Part shown: positions 1-9,614 of the stretch, one piece after another
Layout: each line of letters opens with the position of its first letter
Position numbering within the stretch: position 1 is the stretch's first letter
Translations under genes and position numbers: made by a program
The notes under the pieces: model-generated
What the model saw: the letters and a program-made list of their open reading frames with translations, nothing else
What the model was told of the DNA's origin: nothing
Database searches by the model: none
Assembly (NCBI GenBank): GCA_965660815.1
Contig: CBFIBG010000008.1
Coordinates: forward strand, 11,028-75,027
Length of the DNA: 64,000 nucleotides
Direction: 5' to 3'
DNA from: Glaciecola sp.
GTDB taxonomy: Bacteria > Pseudomonadota > Gammaproteobacteria > Enterobacterales > Alteromonadaceae

Positions 1-1409
1 TGTTAGCAGGGCATATTTCAATTCCCATTTTTTCAACGGCGGGCCCAGACACTATTGAGTATGTTTTGCAACATTCACAGAGCAAAATGTTATTCATTGG
101 GAAATTGGACAGCTTTGATTTCATTAACCAAACAGATGTAGGTGAAGTGACTACTGTAGGTTTCCCATACCCAAATATCAAAGCGAATGTTGAATGGAAT
201 GACTTCATCGATGTCGAACCTATCAAAGACAGCCCCGTTCCAGATATGAACGATGTGATGACAATTATCTATACCTCAGGCAGCACAGGGCAACCAAAAG
301 GAGTAGTGCATACTTATCAAACTCTTTGTTGGGCAGCGGAAAATAGTTTAAATGCACTAGAGGTGGACGACAGCGACCGAATAGTAAGCTATCTCCCTTT
401 GGCGCATATTACCGAAAGAGTGCTAGTGGAAGTCGCCAGTTTTTATTCTGCTATGTCACTTTATTTTGTGGAAAATTTAGAAACATTTAACCGCGATGTT
501 AAGAATTGTGAGCCTACTTTATTTATATCTGTTCCGCGCTTATGGACGAAATTTCAGATGGGCGTGTTAGCTAAAATTCCGCAAAAGAAACTGAGTTTCT
601 TACTCAGTATTCCTTTTGTTGGAAGAAAGGTAGCCGCGAAAATAAGAGATGAGCTTGGATTGGGCAAAGCTAGGCTTTGGGCTTCCGGCTCAGCACCACT
701 TGCTCCTGCAATTATTAGCTGGTTTAGTAAAATCGGAATTAATATTAGTGAGGGGTGGGGGATGACTGAAAATTGCGCATATGGAACCAGCAGCGTGCCT
801 TTCAGGCATGATAAAATCGGGTCCATTGGCAAAGCTTATGACGGAGTGGATATTCGTATCGCGGACGATGGTGAAATTCAAGTAAAAGCACCTTGCAACA
901 TGATAGGCTATTACAAAGATCAAGAAAAAACGTCAGGGGTCTTTACTAACGATTTATATTTGAGAACCGGAGACAAAGGACGCAAAGACGAAGACGGTTA
1001 CGTGTTTATTACCGGTCGACTTAAAGATATTTTCAAGACTGAAAAGGGCAAATACGTGGCTCCCGCTCCGATAGAAGCCAAAATAATGGAGACGCCAATT
1101 GTTGAGCAGGTCTGTGTAACTGGGACTAATCTGCCGCAGCCGATCGCGCTTTTGGTGCTATCAGAAGAAGCTAGAGGATTGTCAAAAGATATGGTCACAG
1201 AAACGCTGACCGAGACGCTGACGAATTTAAACGCTAAATTGGAGAGCCATCAAAAACTGGATCGAATTATCGTATTCAAAGACGAATGGTCTATAGAAAA
1301 CGATTTGCTCACGCCCACATTGAAGGTGAAACGTCACGTCATTGAAGACAAGTTTAAATCGGTTATAACCGCTTCGCATACAGAACAAGTAATTTGGGTC
1401 GACGAGTAA
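1..1409 (+). CDS. AMP-dependent acyl-CoA synthetase / long-chain-fatty-acid--CoA ligase, 5' end cut by window edge
   Basis: Frame is open from nt 3 (LAGHISIPIFSTAGPDTIEYVLQHSQ...), so the listed start at 66 is internal. AMP-binding signature TSGSTGQPKGV, then GWGMTE and TGDKGRKDEDGY motifs. Confidence 0.85.
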   Translation, partial: LAGHISIPIFSTAGPDTIEYVLQHSQSKMLFIGKLDSFDFINQTDVGEVTTVGFPYPNIKANVEWNDFIDVEPIKDSPVPDMNDVMTIIYTSGSTGQPKGVVHTYQTLCWAAENSLNALEVDDSDRIVSYLPLAHITERVLVEVASFYSAMSLYFVENLETFNRDVKNCEPTLFISVPRLWTKFQMGVLAKIPQKKLSFLLSIPFVGRKVAAKIRDELGLGKARLWASGSAPLAPAIISWFSKIGINISEGWGMTENCAYGTSSVPFRHDKIGSIGKAYDGVDIRIADDGEIQVKAPCNMIGYYKDQEKTSGVFTNDLYLRTGDKGRKDEDGYVFITGRLKDIFKTEKGKYVAPAPIEAKIMETPIVEQVCVTGTNLPQPIALLVLSEEARGLSKDMVTETLTETLTNLNAKLESHQKLDRIIVFKDEWSIENDLLTPTLKVKRHVIEDKFKSVITASHTEQVIWVDE

Positions 1410-1430
1410 ATGTTTACTTGTTAATTATGA

Positions 1431-1458
1431 AAAGGGAGTGGGAATATCACTCCCTTTT
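1431..1458. terminator. Bidirectional intrinsic terminator between convergent genes
   Basis: AAAGGGAGTG-7 nt-CACTCCCTTT with A-run before and T-run after. Lies between stops at 1409 (+) and 1526 (-). Confidence 0.7.
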
Positions 1459-1525
1459 GGTAATGCTTTATCCCCTAGGTTTTTGCCTAACTAGCGTTTA
1501 CCTATCTAGAAAATAATTACCCTCT

Positions 1526-1894
1526 TTACAACTTGCAAAAGCTAAATATCTGTTTAGACGTTTTAATATTTTCGTGCACTTCGAGCAATTTTATGGGTTG
1601 AGATACAATGATTTGGTTTTTATCAACGCAGAGGTAGTTAGAAGCATCAATATATTCATTTTGACTGGTTAGGCAACCAAACTTTCTGGTTTCAACATAA
1701 TCGACCCACCCGATAACAAGGCCTGGATTTAATACCTGTCCGACCATATCCGAAAGGCTCTCTTTTATCGTTATCTGAGAGCCAAAAATCGGTTTGTCGC
1801 CAACTTGTACGCCAGTTTCTTTATCTATAATTAAGCGAATAGACGCGACTTGTTGCTTGGTTGAACTGACTGAATGAAGTTGTGTGATACTCAT
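1526..1894 (-). CDS. hypothetical protein, 122 aa, no family recognised
   Basis: Only long ORF in this interval and non-overlapping. No motif I can name. Confidence 0.5.
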   Translation of the reverse strand: MSITQLHSVSSTKQQVASIRLIIDKETGVQVGDKPIFGSQITIKESLSDMVGQVLNPGLVIGWVDYVETRKFGCLTSQNEYIDASNYLCVDKNQIIVSQPIKLLEVHENIKTSKQIFSFCKL

Positions 1895-2054
1895 TTCTAT
1901 CCAAAACTATTAAAGTTTAATTTATGGGCTGCTATTTGACTTTGCTCTAACAAATTTCTTGGCATTAAAAATAGCTTAGCCAGATTTATAGACTCAGTGT
2001 CATAGTAGGGCAGCTAGAATTACCATAAACTATAACAAAACCGCTTGGTATATA

Positions 2055-2070
2055 TGTGATATAGATCAAA
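2055..2070 (-). promoter_or_regulatory. CRP/FNR-family box with a -10 hexamer at class II distance
   Basis: TGTGAtatagaTCAAA is one mismatch from the CRP consensus TGTGA-N6-TCACA. Its inner GTGATatagATCAA is one mismatch from the FNR consensus TTGAT-N4-ATCAA. TATAGT on the minus strand (2034-2029) lies about 31 nt from the box centre, which fits a -41.5 site. Confidence 0.35.
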
Positions 2071-2103
2071 TAGGTCGTCATTCTTTACCTTAAACCCACT
2101 GCT

Positions 2104-3486
2104 CTAAATAACACGGCTGTATCGCAACTGATGAGCTTGCTGTCCAATGTATTGATCAAAACTCATACTAATGTTTCTGATCAGCAAGCGCCCGCGAGGA
2201 TGAATTTTTATGCTTCGTGCACTATTGCTCACTAAATTGTCTTCTATAAAAGGAGTCAGTTGCGCTATGGCGGCGCTAAAATAGCGATCAAATACAATAT
2301 CAAATTGCTTTTCGAAGGCATGTTTGTCTATGTATAAATTGCACATCAATTGGTTAATTGCGGCTCTGTGGATCACATCGTCGCTACTAAGGCTAACGCC
2401 TTTTTCAATCAACGGAAGTTCTCCGTCAAGTGCTTTATAGTAATCGTTTAGCTTTTTCACATTTTGAGAGTAGGCTACGTGTAAATTACTAATAGACGAT
2501 ACGCCTAATCCAAGTAATGCATCTGCTTGGTCAGTGGTGTATCCTTGGAAATTCCTGTGAAGCGTTTTGTTTTTAGCTGCTTTACTTAGTTCATCAGTTT
2601 GTTTAGCAAAGTGATCCATCCCAATAAATTCGTAACCATTATCGCAAAGCGTATTAATGCTATATCTGAATAATTCAAATTTATCTTCACTAGAAGGCAT
2701 CCATTCTTCTTTTATTTTACGTTGTGCAGGGAACAAGTTAGGCATGTGAGCATAACTAAACAAAGAAATTCGGTCGGGTGCCATCCGCTCTACTTCGCGT
2801 AAAGATTGTTCTAGGGTGTCAATGGTCTGATTTGGAAGACCGTAAATGAGATCAATATTAACGGAGGTAAACTTGAGATCACGTGCGCGCTGGATTAACT
2901 GATGAATAAATTCGGTACTTTGGACTCGATTTATTTTTTCTTGAACACTTAAATTAACATCTTGTACCCCTATGCTAATTCGATTAAATCCAAGCTTTTT
3001 AAGGGCGTCTATGTAATCTATTTCAATCTCTCTAGGGTCAATTTCAATGCTTTGCTCTCGATCGCTAGCCAAGTGAAATTTGTTGGATATAAAAGCCAGT
3101 AAATCTTCAAATTGGTTTGCACTGAGAAAACTTGGAGTGCCGCCACCAAAATGTATGTTATTGACTGTAAATTCAGTGAATTGAGACGCTCTTAATTGTA
3201 TTTCTTTTTTTAGATAAGCAAGATACTTTTCTACTTTGTCTTGATTGCGAGTGACAATTTTATTGCAACCACAGTAATAGCAAAGCGAATGGCAAAAAGG
3301 TATGTGCAAATATAAAGATAACGTAGGGCTTTTAACCGATTTTGCTACGTCCACAACTGCACTGGAGAATGCGTCTTCGTCAAATTGCTCGTGAAAAGCA
3401 ACAGCGGTCGGGTAAGAGGTATATCTGGGCCCAGTTGTGTTGTATTTGTTTAAAATTTTCTTATCAAAACAGTCGGTAACAGCCAT
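2104..3486 (-). CDS. hemN: oxygen-independent coproporphyrinogen III oxidase (radical SAM)
   Basis: CHSLCYYCGC radical-SAM cluster motif. N-terminus MAVTDCFDKKILNKYNTTGPRYTSYPTA aligns with E. coli HemN ...KYNYSGPRYTSYPTA, so I use the ATG at 3486 rather than the TTG at 3552. Confidence 0.9.
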   Translation of the reverse strand: MAVTDCFDKKILNKYNTTGPRYTSYPTAVAFHEQFDEDAFSSAVVDVAKSVKSPTLSLYLHIPFCHSLCYYCGCNKIVTRNQDKVEKYLAYLKKEIQLRASQFTEFTVNNIHFGGGTPSFLSANQFEDLLAFISNKFHLASDREQSIEIDPREIEIDYIDALKKLGFNRISIGVQDVNLSVQEKINRVQSTEFIHQLIQRARDLKFTSVNIDLIYGLPNQTIDTLEQSLREVERMAPDRISLFSYAHMPNLFPAQRKIKEEWMPSSEDKFELFRYSINTLCDNGYEFIGMDHFAKQTDELSKAAKNKTLHRNFQGYTTDQADALLGLGVSSISNLHVAYSQNVKKLNDYYKALDGELPLIEKGVSLSSDDVIHRAAINQLMCNLYIDKHAFEKQFDIVFDRYFSAAIAQLTPFIEDNLVSNSARSIKIHPRGRLLIRNISMSFDQYIGQQAHQLRYSRVI

Positions 3487-3570
3487 CGATGCGTCCAGTA
3501 GACATATTATAAAAATATGTGAATAGTCAAAAGTTGAAAGCGAGGGTAACAAAAACCCTTATCTGGAATG

Positions 3571-3584
3571 TTGATCTAAATTAA
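3571..3584 (-). promoter_or_regulatory. FNR/Anr-like box upstream of hemN (weak)
   Basis: TTGATctaaATTAA is one mismatch from TTGAT-N4-ATCAA. The distance to the only good -10 (TATAAT, 3511-3506) is about 69 nt, which is not a canonical class II spacing. Confidence 0.25.
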
Positions 3585-3707
3585 TAAAACATCAATGCTT
3601 GACCGTATTGCTTGTATGAATAACTGTTTATCACCACTTTCAATTACAAATTTTCATTGATTAGTATTAATCTTTGAATACAGAATAATTTAATTACGAA
3701 ACATGTT

Positions 3708-4373
3708 ATGGCTCAATTATTTTTAATTAGACACGCGCAAGCGTCTTTTGGGGCAGACGACTACGACCTTCTTAGCGAGTTAGGTCATCAGCAATCTGAG
3801 CTTTTAGGAAGGTATTTTAAGGCCAGAGAAATTGAATTTGACTGCCTTATAACCGGCAACATGGTTAGGCATTTGCAAACGGCAAACGGCATTTTAAAAC
3901 ACGTCAACGTAAAAGAGCAGCTTATTCACAGTGGCTGGGATGAATTTGATTTCGATAATTTGGTCAAGGCATTCTTATCTGAGAATCCAGAGCATCAGGT
4001 GGCACCAAACGCACCAAGAAGTGCATGGTATAAAGTCTTGAAGATGGCAATGTTCGCATGGTCTCAAGACAAAGTCAGTATTGCCGCCGAATCCTTTATT
4101 GATTTTAAAGACCGAGTAAACGATGCGGCTCAAAGCGTAATTGATAGCCCATCTAAACACATAGCGGTGGTGACCTCTGGAGGTGCGTTAGCCATGTTTA
4201 TGATGAGATTGTTTAATTTACCCGTAGAGCAGGCGATTGATTTGAATTTGCAAATAAAAAATACAAGTGTTAGCCAATTGTTTTTTAATCAAAAAGGATT
4301 TCAGTTACATGCATTCAATCACGTTCCGCATCTTGATGTAATAGAACATCTAGACAAAATTACTTACAGCTAA
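3708..4373 (+). CDS. histidine phosphatase (phosphoglycerate-mutase-like) family protein
   Basis: N-terminal [10 protein letters not shown] (RHG catalytic motif). Size of 221 aa fits the family. Confidence 0.8.
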   Translation: MAQLFLIRHAQASFGADDYDLLSELGHQQSELLGRYFKAREIEFDCLITGNMVRHLQTANGILKHVNVKEQLIHSGWDEFDFDNLVKAFLSENPEHQVAPNAPRSAWYKVLKMAMFAWSQDKVSIAAESFIDFKDRVNDAAQSVIDSPSKHIAVVTSGGALAMFMMRLFNLPVEQAIDLNLQIKNTSVSQLFFNQKGFQLHAFNHVPHLDVIEHLDKITYS

Positions 4374-4402
4374 CATCTAATATTATCATTTTAGGGAGCA
4401 TT

Positions 4403-5617
4403 ATGGATTTTGATCACAGTGAAAAAGTACAAGAACTAGTACAACAGTTGACTCAATTTATGGATAAGGAAATTTATCCTATTGAAGATGAATATTATTC
4501 ATTAGTAATGAATAATCCAAATAAGTGGCAGACGCCCAAATTAATGCATCACCTCAAAGAAAACGCTCGTCATCAAGGGTTGTGGAATTTATTTCTGCCA
4601 AAAGAATACTTACCCTATGGCGCGGGCTTGACCAATTTAGAATACGCGCCTTTATGCGAGATAATGGGAAGAGTCTTATTTAGTTCTGAAGTCTTCAATT
4701 GCAGTGCACCAGACACTGGTAATATGGAGGTGCTAGCAAAATATGGTTCAGAGCATCAAAAGGAGCAGTGGCTTACACCTTTACTGAAGGGTGAAATTCG
4801 TTCCGCTTTTGCTATGACAGAACCTGACGTAGCGTCAAGTGATGCCACTAATATCGCCACCAAAATAGTCAGCGACGGCGACAGTTACGTCATTAATGGT
4901 CGTAAATGGTATACCAGTGGTGCTATGAATGAAAACTGTAAAATATTAATAGTCATGGGCAAAACTGACGAATCGGCGCCTAGGCACCAACAACAATCAC
5001 AAATACTGGTGCCAACAGATACAGAGGGGGTGACGGTGGTGAGACCTATGTCAGCCATGGGGTATTTAGATGAACCTATTGGTCATGCCGAAGTGCTTTT
5101 TGAAAATGTTAGAGTGCCTAAAAGCAACTTAATTTTAGGTGAGGGAAGAGGATTTGAGATCGCTCAGGGAAGATTGGGCCCTGGTCGAATACATCATTGT
5201 ATGCGCCTAATCGGATGCGCTCAAAGAGCTTTAGAAATGAGCTGCGAACGGGTCGAAAAGCGAATCGCTTTTGGGCAACCATTGAGCAAGCAACAATCAG
5301 TTAGAGAAAGCATTGCAAGTATGTACTGTAAAATAGAGCAGGCTAGATTATTAACCTTAAAAGCCGCTGATAATATGGATAAATACGGCAATAAAGTTGC
5401 TAAAAACATCATAGCGGCAATTAAAATTGTTGCTCCGAAAATGGCCTGTGAAGTGATAGATGAGGCCATTCAAATACACGGTGCTGCGGGCACGTCACAA
5501 GATACTGTTTTGTCAGCAATCTTGGCGTATGCTAGAACAATAAGACTGGCTGATGGGCCAGACCAAGTTCATATGATGCAGCTTGGGAAAAATCTCGTAC
5601 AAAACCAGAATAAATAA
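4403..5617 (+). CDS. acyl-CoA dehydrogenase family protein, ACAD10/ACAD11-like subgroup
   Basis: Contains [58 protein letters not shown] and ADGPDQVH. I recall near-identical strings in the ACAD domain of ACAD10/11. Confidence 0.85.
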   Translation: MDFDHSEKVQELVQQLTQFMDKEIYPIEDEYYSLVMNNPNKWQTPKLMHHLKENARHQGLWNLFLPKEYLPYGAGLTNLEYAPLCEIMGRVLFSSEVFNCSAPDTGNMEVLAKYGSEHQKEQWLTPLLKGEIRSAFAMTEPDVASSDATNIATKIVSDGDSYVINGRKWYTSGAMNENCKILIVMGKTDESAPRHQQQSQILVPTDTEGVTVVRPMSAMGYLDEPIGHAEVLFENVRVPKSNLILGEGRGFEIAQGRLGPGRIHHCMRLIGCAQRALEMSCERVEKRIAFGQPLSKQQSVRESIASMYCKIEQARLLTLKAADNMDKYGNKVAKNIIAAIKIVAPKMACEVIDEAIQIHGAAGTSQDTVLSAILAYARTIRLADGPDQVHMMQLGKNLVQNQNK

Positions 5618-5631
5618 AATAAAGGTCAATT

Positions 5632-6606
5632 ATGAAAGCCATAGTATGCAATGAGTTTGCCTCAATAGACAATCTCACCTTTAGCGACGTACCCGATCCT
5701 GTTGCCAAAAATAATGAGGTTGTGGTAGACATTAAAGCCGCTGGTGTGAATTTTCCTGATGGTCTATTAGTTCAGGGCTTGTATCAAATGAAACCTGAAC
5801 TACCCTTTATTCCAGGAAGTGAAGTTGCTGGAGAAATTTCTCAAATTGGTGCGGATGTAAAGCATTTAAAAATCGGAGCGAAAGTAATTGGTATTTGCCA
5901 ATTAGGAGGTTATGCACAAAAAGTCTCTATTAGAGCGGATCATGTAATGTCGCTACCAGACGTTTTTGATGTTTCACAAGCGGCCGCTTTAACCACCGCG
6001 CATGCAACAGCGCACCATGCGCTTAAACAGAGAGCTCAGCTCAAAGAAGGAGAGACTTTATTGGTGACCGGCGCAGCTGGCGGTACCGGTTTGGCGGCGG
6101 TTCAAATAGGGAAGGTGATGGGAGCTAGAGTAATTGCTGCCTGTTCCACTGATGAGAAATGTAAACTGGCGATGGAAAATGGTGCTGACTTAACTATCAA
6201 TTACAGTGATGAAGACTTTAAAGGTGCAGTAAAAAAACTAACTGATGGCAAAGGAGTGGACGTTGCTTATGAATGTGTGGGTGGCGATACTTTTCACGCG
6301 TGTTCGCGAGTAATGGCTTGGGAAGGTCGGTTGTTGGTGGTTGGATTTGCTGGCGGAGACATCCCTAAATTTCCAGTAAATTTATCTCTTGTAAAAGGGT
6401 TTTCCGTGGTGGGTGTTTTCTGGGGCTCTTTTGTTGCCCATCAGCCGGATGTGTTTGTAAAGAATATGCGAGAATTAGTGAATTGGCACCAACAAGGGAA
6501 AGTATCAGTTGTTATCGATGAAAAATTTGAATTGAAAGATGCCGTCAACGCTCTACACAAAGTATCTTCAAGGCAAGTTAAAGGAAAAGTTGTTTTACTT
6601 CCATAA
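5632..6606 (+). CDS. NADPH:quinone oxidoreductase / MDR (zinc-type alcohol dehydrogenase-like) protein
   Basis: GVNFPD, GSEVAGEI and the Rossmann motif VTGAAGGTGLAAVQI. Starts 14 nt after the ACAD stop. Confidence 0.85.
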   Translation: MKAIVCNEFASIDNLTFSDVPDPVAKNNEVVVDIKAAGVNFPDGLLVQGLYQMKPELPFIPGSEVAGEISQIGADVKHLKIGAKVIGICQLGGYAQKVSIRADHVMSLPDVFDVSQAAALTTAHATAHHALKQRAQLKEGETLLVTGAAGGTGLAAVQIGKVMGARVIAACSTDEKCKLAMENGADLTINYSDEDFKGAVKKLTDGKGVDVAYECVGGDTFHACSRVMAWEGRLLVVGFAGGDIPKFPVNLSLVKGFSVVGVFWGSFVAHQPDVFVKNMRELVNWHQQGKVSVVIDEKFELKDAVNALHKVSSRQVKGKVVLLP

Positions 6607-6611
6607 AAAAA

Positions 6612-6630
6612 GCCTCCCGGGGAGGGAGGC
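6612..6630 (+). terminator. GC hairpin after the operon end (no T-run)
   Basis: GCCTCCC-GGGGA-GGGAGGC immediately after the stop at 6606. An A-run precedes it and no U-tract follows. Confidence 0.45.
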
Positions 6631-7019
6631 CTCAAAAATGGCAAAGTTGCCTTTGCCTACCATGTTGAAGCGGTAAGGAATCTAACTAATTTAAAACAAA
6701 TAGGACATCAAGTTTTCTGCCTTATTGATGGGATTACTATACAAAATTGATCTTTATTTAAAAGATACAAAAGTAATACATGGGTATCAGGTTTGATACA
6801 GGGATGGTTTAAGTTTCTAATATGAAATATAAAAACAAAAAGATAACCGTGAATTTATAACTCTTTGGTTGTTTTTCTCATACAGCTTGATGGTTAAATC
6901 ATTCTTTTTTATTAGACTTAGGTATAATTTCGTGGGAATTGCAACATTTTTTTTACACACTTTTAATTTGTGTACTACACTTTCTTTTGAATTATTTTAC
7001 GAAGAAAAGAAAGGTAACT

Positions 7020-7526
7020 GTGACACCACCTACCATATTAGATATAGAAGCTAGCGGTTTTGGTTCTTCAAGCTATCCAATAGAAATTGGTGTAGTGAGA
7101 GGTGATGGGGAAAAATACGGCCAGCTAATTAAGCCTTTTGATAATTGGACATTCTGGCAAAAGGGCGTTGAGTCAATACACGGAATAAGCAAAGATTACT
7201 TGCTGCTAAATGGAGCAAATGGCGTTCGTATTTGCCTTGAATTAAACGACATGCTGCGCAATGAACAGGTGTTCAGCGATGGTTGGGTTGTAGATTCTTC
7301 ATGGTTGACAAAACTCTATGCGCGCTCGGGTATACAAATGGAGTTTACATTAAGTCCTTTGGAGCTCATTTTAAAAGAAGAGCAAATGAGCGTTTGGCAT
7401 GAGACCAAAAATATGGTCATGAAACAAATGTGCTTACAAGCTCATCGTGCTATTAACGATGCTTTGATTATTCAGCGTACGTTTCTAAAAACAAGTCAAT
7501 TATCTTACATGTCATTTGGCAAATAA
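7020..7526 (+). CDS. DEDDh-type 3'-5' exonuclease domain protein
   Basis: ILDIEASGFG (Exo I), SDGWVVDSSW (Exo II), HRAINDA (Exo III, H-x4-D). A GTG at 7020 preceded by AAAGG is more plausible than the ATG at 6939, whose extension is a Phe/Leu-rich AT-rich read-through. Confidence 0.65.
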   Translation: MTPPTILDIEASGFGSSSYPIEIGVVRGDGEKYGQLIKPFDNWTFWQKGVESIHGISKDYLLLNGANGVRICLELNDMLRNEQVFSDGWVVDSSWLTKLYARSGIQMEFTLSPLELILKEEQMSVWHETKNMVMKQMCLQAHRAINDALIIQRTFLKTSQLSYMSFGK

Positions 7527-7530
7527 CTCA

Positions 7531-8295
7531 CTACCAAGCGGTTACACCGCCGTCTAGAGCAATAGCTTGGCCATTCATATAGGTATTATAAGGTGACATG
7601 ATCAGCAACATTACGTTGACAATTTCATCTACGGTACTGATGCGTTTCATTGGGCTGCCAAGGCCCAACTTATTTTTATCTTCGTCTGTAGATAACCCGT
7701 CTATATTCATAATGTTTGTAGGGCTGAAAAATGGGCAAATCGCGTTTGTTCTTATATTGTATCGACCATATTCAACGGCCGCAGTGCGAGTTAAACCAAT
7801 AACGGCGTGTTTTGCCGCACTGTAAGCCCCGCCTTTAGGGGCGCCTCCAATTCCTGCTAGGGATGCGACATTTACTACGTGCCCGCCGCCTTGTTTCAGC
7901 ATGGCCGGAACTTGATACTTGATGCCGAAAGCGACGCCTTTTACATTAACGTCAAACTGAGCATCAAAAATACTTTCGGTCATTTTATGCAAGGGCCCTT
8001 GTGTGTGAGCAATCCCCGCGTTATTGACTGCATGCGTCAATCTTCCAAATGTTTTGATCGTTTTATCTACTAAAGCCTGACTATCGTGTTCGTCTGCTAC
8101 ATTATGCTCAAAGATGAAAGCGTTCTTTTTATGCTTAAGACTCTCCTTAGTTTTTTCCAAGCCGTTAATATCTATATCACTAAGTGCTAAATTACAACCA
8201 CGGTTATTTAACTCTATGGCGAGCATCTTTCCGAAACCACTGGCAGCGCCAGTAATAATGGCTGTTTGTTGGCTAAAATCTAGCAATTTATCCAC
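7531..8295 (-). CDS. SDR family oxidoreductase
   Basis: TGAASGFG cofactor motif, NNAG, catalytic YSAAKHA. The GTG start overlaps the upstream stop by 8 nt. Confidence 0.9.
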   Translation of the reverse strand: MDKLLDFSQQTAIITGAASGFGKMLAIELNNRGCNLALSDIDINGLEKTKESLKHKKNAFIFEHNVADEHDSQALVDKTIKTFGRLTHAVNNAGIAHTQGPLHKMTESIFDAQFDVNVKGVAFGIKYQVPAMLKQGGGHVVNVASLAGIGGAPKGGAYSAAKHAVIGLTRTAAVEYGRYNIRTNAICPFFSPTNIMNIDGLSTDEDKNKLGLGSPMKRISTVDEIVNVMLLIMSPYNTYMNGQAIALDGGVTAW

Positions 8296-9211
8296 GTGTT
8301 ACTCCATTGAGAAATAAGATGTATTTTTTAGAAAGCACTTCATAGCAATCTTCTTGTAAAAAGTGACCGCCGTCTTTAATTAACTCGTGTGGTTGGTCTT
8401 GGCATCCGATGACCAGTTTTTGAAATATTTTATCACCACCTCTGGTAATAGGGTCAGAGTCACTGAATAAGGTTAAAAAGGGTTTATCGAATTTAGCTAA
8501 AACAGACCAAGCCTGCCTGTTATTTTCAGACTCTGTGTCATCGGGAGTAATCGGGACCAGTAACGGAAACTTTCTGGCGCCCGCTTTGAGTTTTTCTTCG
8601 GGAAAAGGTGCGTTATAGGCATTTACGATTTCAGTAATTAACTCTCGTTGAGTGCCTTTCTGAATAATTGAAGCAATATCGAAATTATCAGTGTTCTGCG
8701 AATAGTGGCGCCAATCGAGAAACGCTTGCGATGGCGCATAATCGCCCGTGGGCAACATTGTATTGGATACCACTACGCTGGCAAATAGTTCTGGGTGATT
8801 AGCGACCAGTCTAAGACCGAGTAATCCACCCCAATCCTGACAAAACAAATGAATGTTGCTTAACTTTGTTTTGTCTATAAATCTTGTGAGCCAAGCAATA
8901 TGATTTGCATAGGTGTATGCATCTTGAGTGTCGTATTTATCCGATTTACCAAACCCGATTAAGTCAGGTGCGATGGCTCTATAGTTAGCTTGTTTAACCT
9001 CATCAATCATGTGCCTATATAAGTAGCTCCAGCTAGGCTCACCATGCAACATCATTACAATAGGAGCATCTTTGTCGCCGTAATCCACGTAATGCATAAA
9101 CACTTCACTGTCATCAAACAATGCGACATCATTTACTTCTACAAAGTTAGGCTGAAAGCTATAACCGGGCAAGTTTTCAAACAAATTGGGGTGGCTTCGA
9201 ATAAGGCTCAT
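8288..9211 (-). CDS. haloalkane dehalogenase, HLD-I (DhlA-like)
   Basis: HGEPSWSYLYRHMI, IAPDLIGFGKSDK and CQDWGG closely match remembered Xanthobacter DhlA (HGEPTWSYLYRKMI, IAPDFFGFGKSDK, VQDWGG). Pentad candidates are D126, W127, W167, D251/253 and H283. Confidence 0.8.
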   Translation of the reverse strand: MSLIRSHPNLFENLPGYSFQPNFVEVNDVALFDDSEVFMHYVDYGDKDAPIVMMLHGEPSWSYLYRHMIDEVKQANYRAIAPDLIGFGKSDKYDTQDAYTYANHIAWLTRFIDKTKLSNIHLFCQDWGGLLGLRLVANHPELFASVVVSNTMLPTGDYAPSQAFLDWRHYSQNTDNFDIASIIQKGTQRELITEIVNAYNAPFPEEKLKAGARKFPLLVPITPDDTESENNRQAWSVLAKFDKPFLTLFSDSDPITRGGDKIFQKLVIGCQDQPHELIKDGGHFLQEDCYEVLSKKYILFLNGVTRG

Positions 9212-9373
9212 AATTATTTAATGTTAACAATTTGTTTACATTATAGGTGAGTTTGGTTGGTATCATCAATCATCTTCATGAATAAATGATTATTAACGCC
9301 TCTTTTTTTCACAATTTTGACATTTAAATATCAAAAAACCTTTCTTTGAATCAACTGTCGTGCTTAATTTGTA

Positions 9374-9389
9374 ATGTGGTAATCCACAT
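9374..9389. promoter_or_regulatory. Operator-like inverted repeat in divergent promoter region
   Basis: ATGTGGtaatCCACAT has perfect 6-bp arms, flanked by TTAAT...ATTAA. It sits in the 400-bp AT-rich gap between the dehalogenase operon and the fadB-like operon. Confidence 0.25.
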
Positions 9390-9614
9390 CATTAATTAAA
9401 AATACATATAAATCAATGTACTAAAATAGATTGTATTATTTAAATATCTTTGCTTTTGTTTGTATAAATAAAGCTGATAAAAGATCCCCTTTAACCATCA
9501 AAAATTTTTATATGCCAATATAACATCAAAAAATTAGAGCCTTGCCACAAGTTGCTTTAACATTTTTACAACAGATAAGTTAGAACTAATAACAACATAG
9601 TTGGGAGCATTAGG

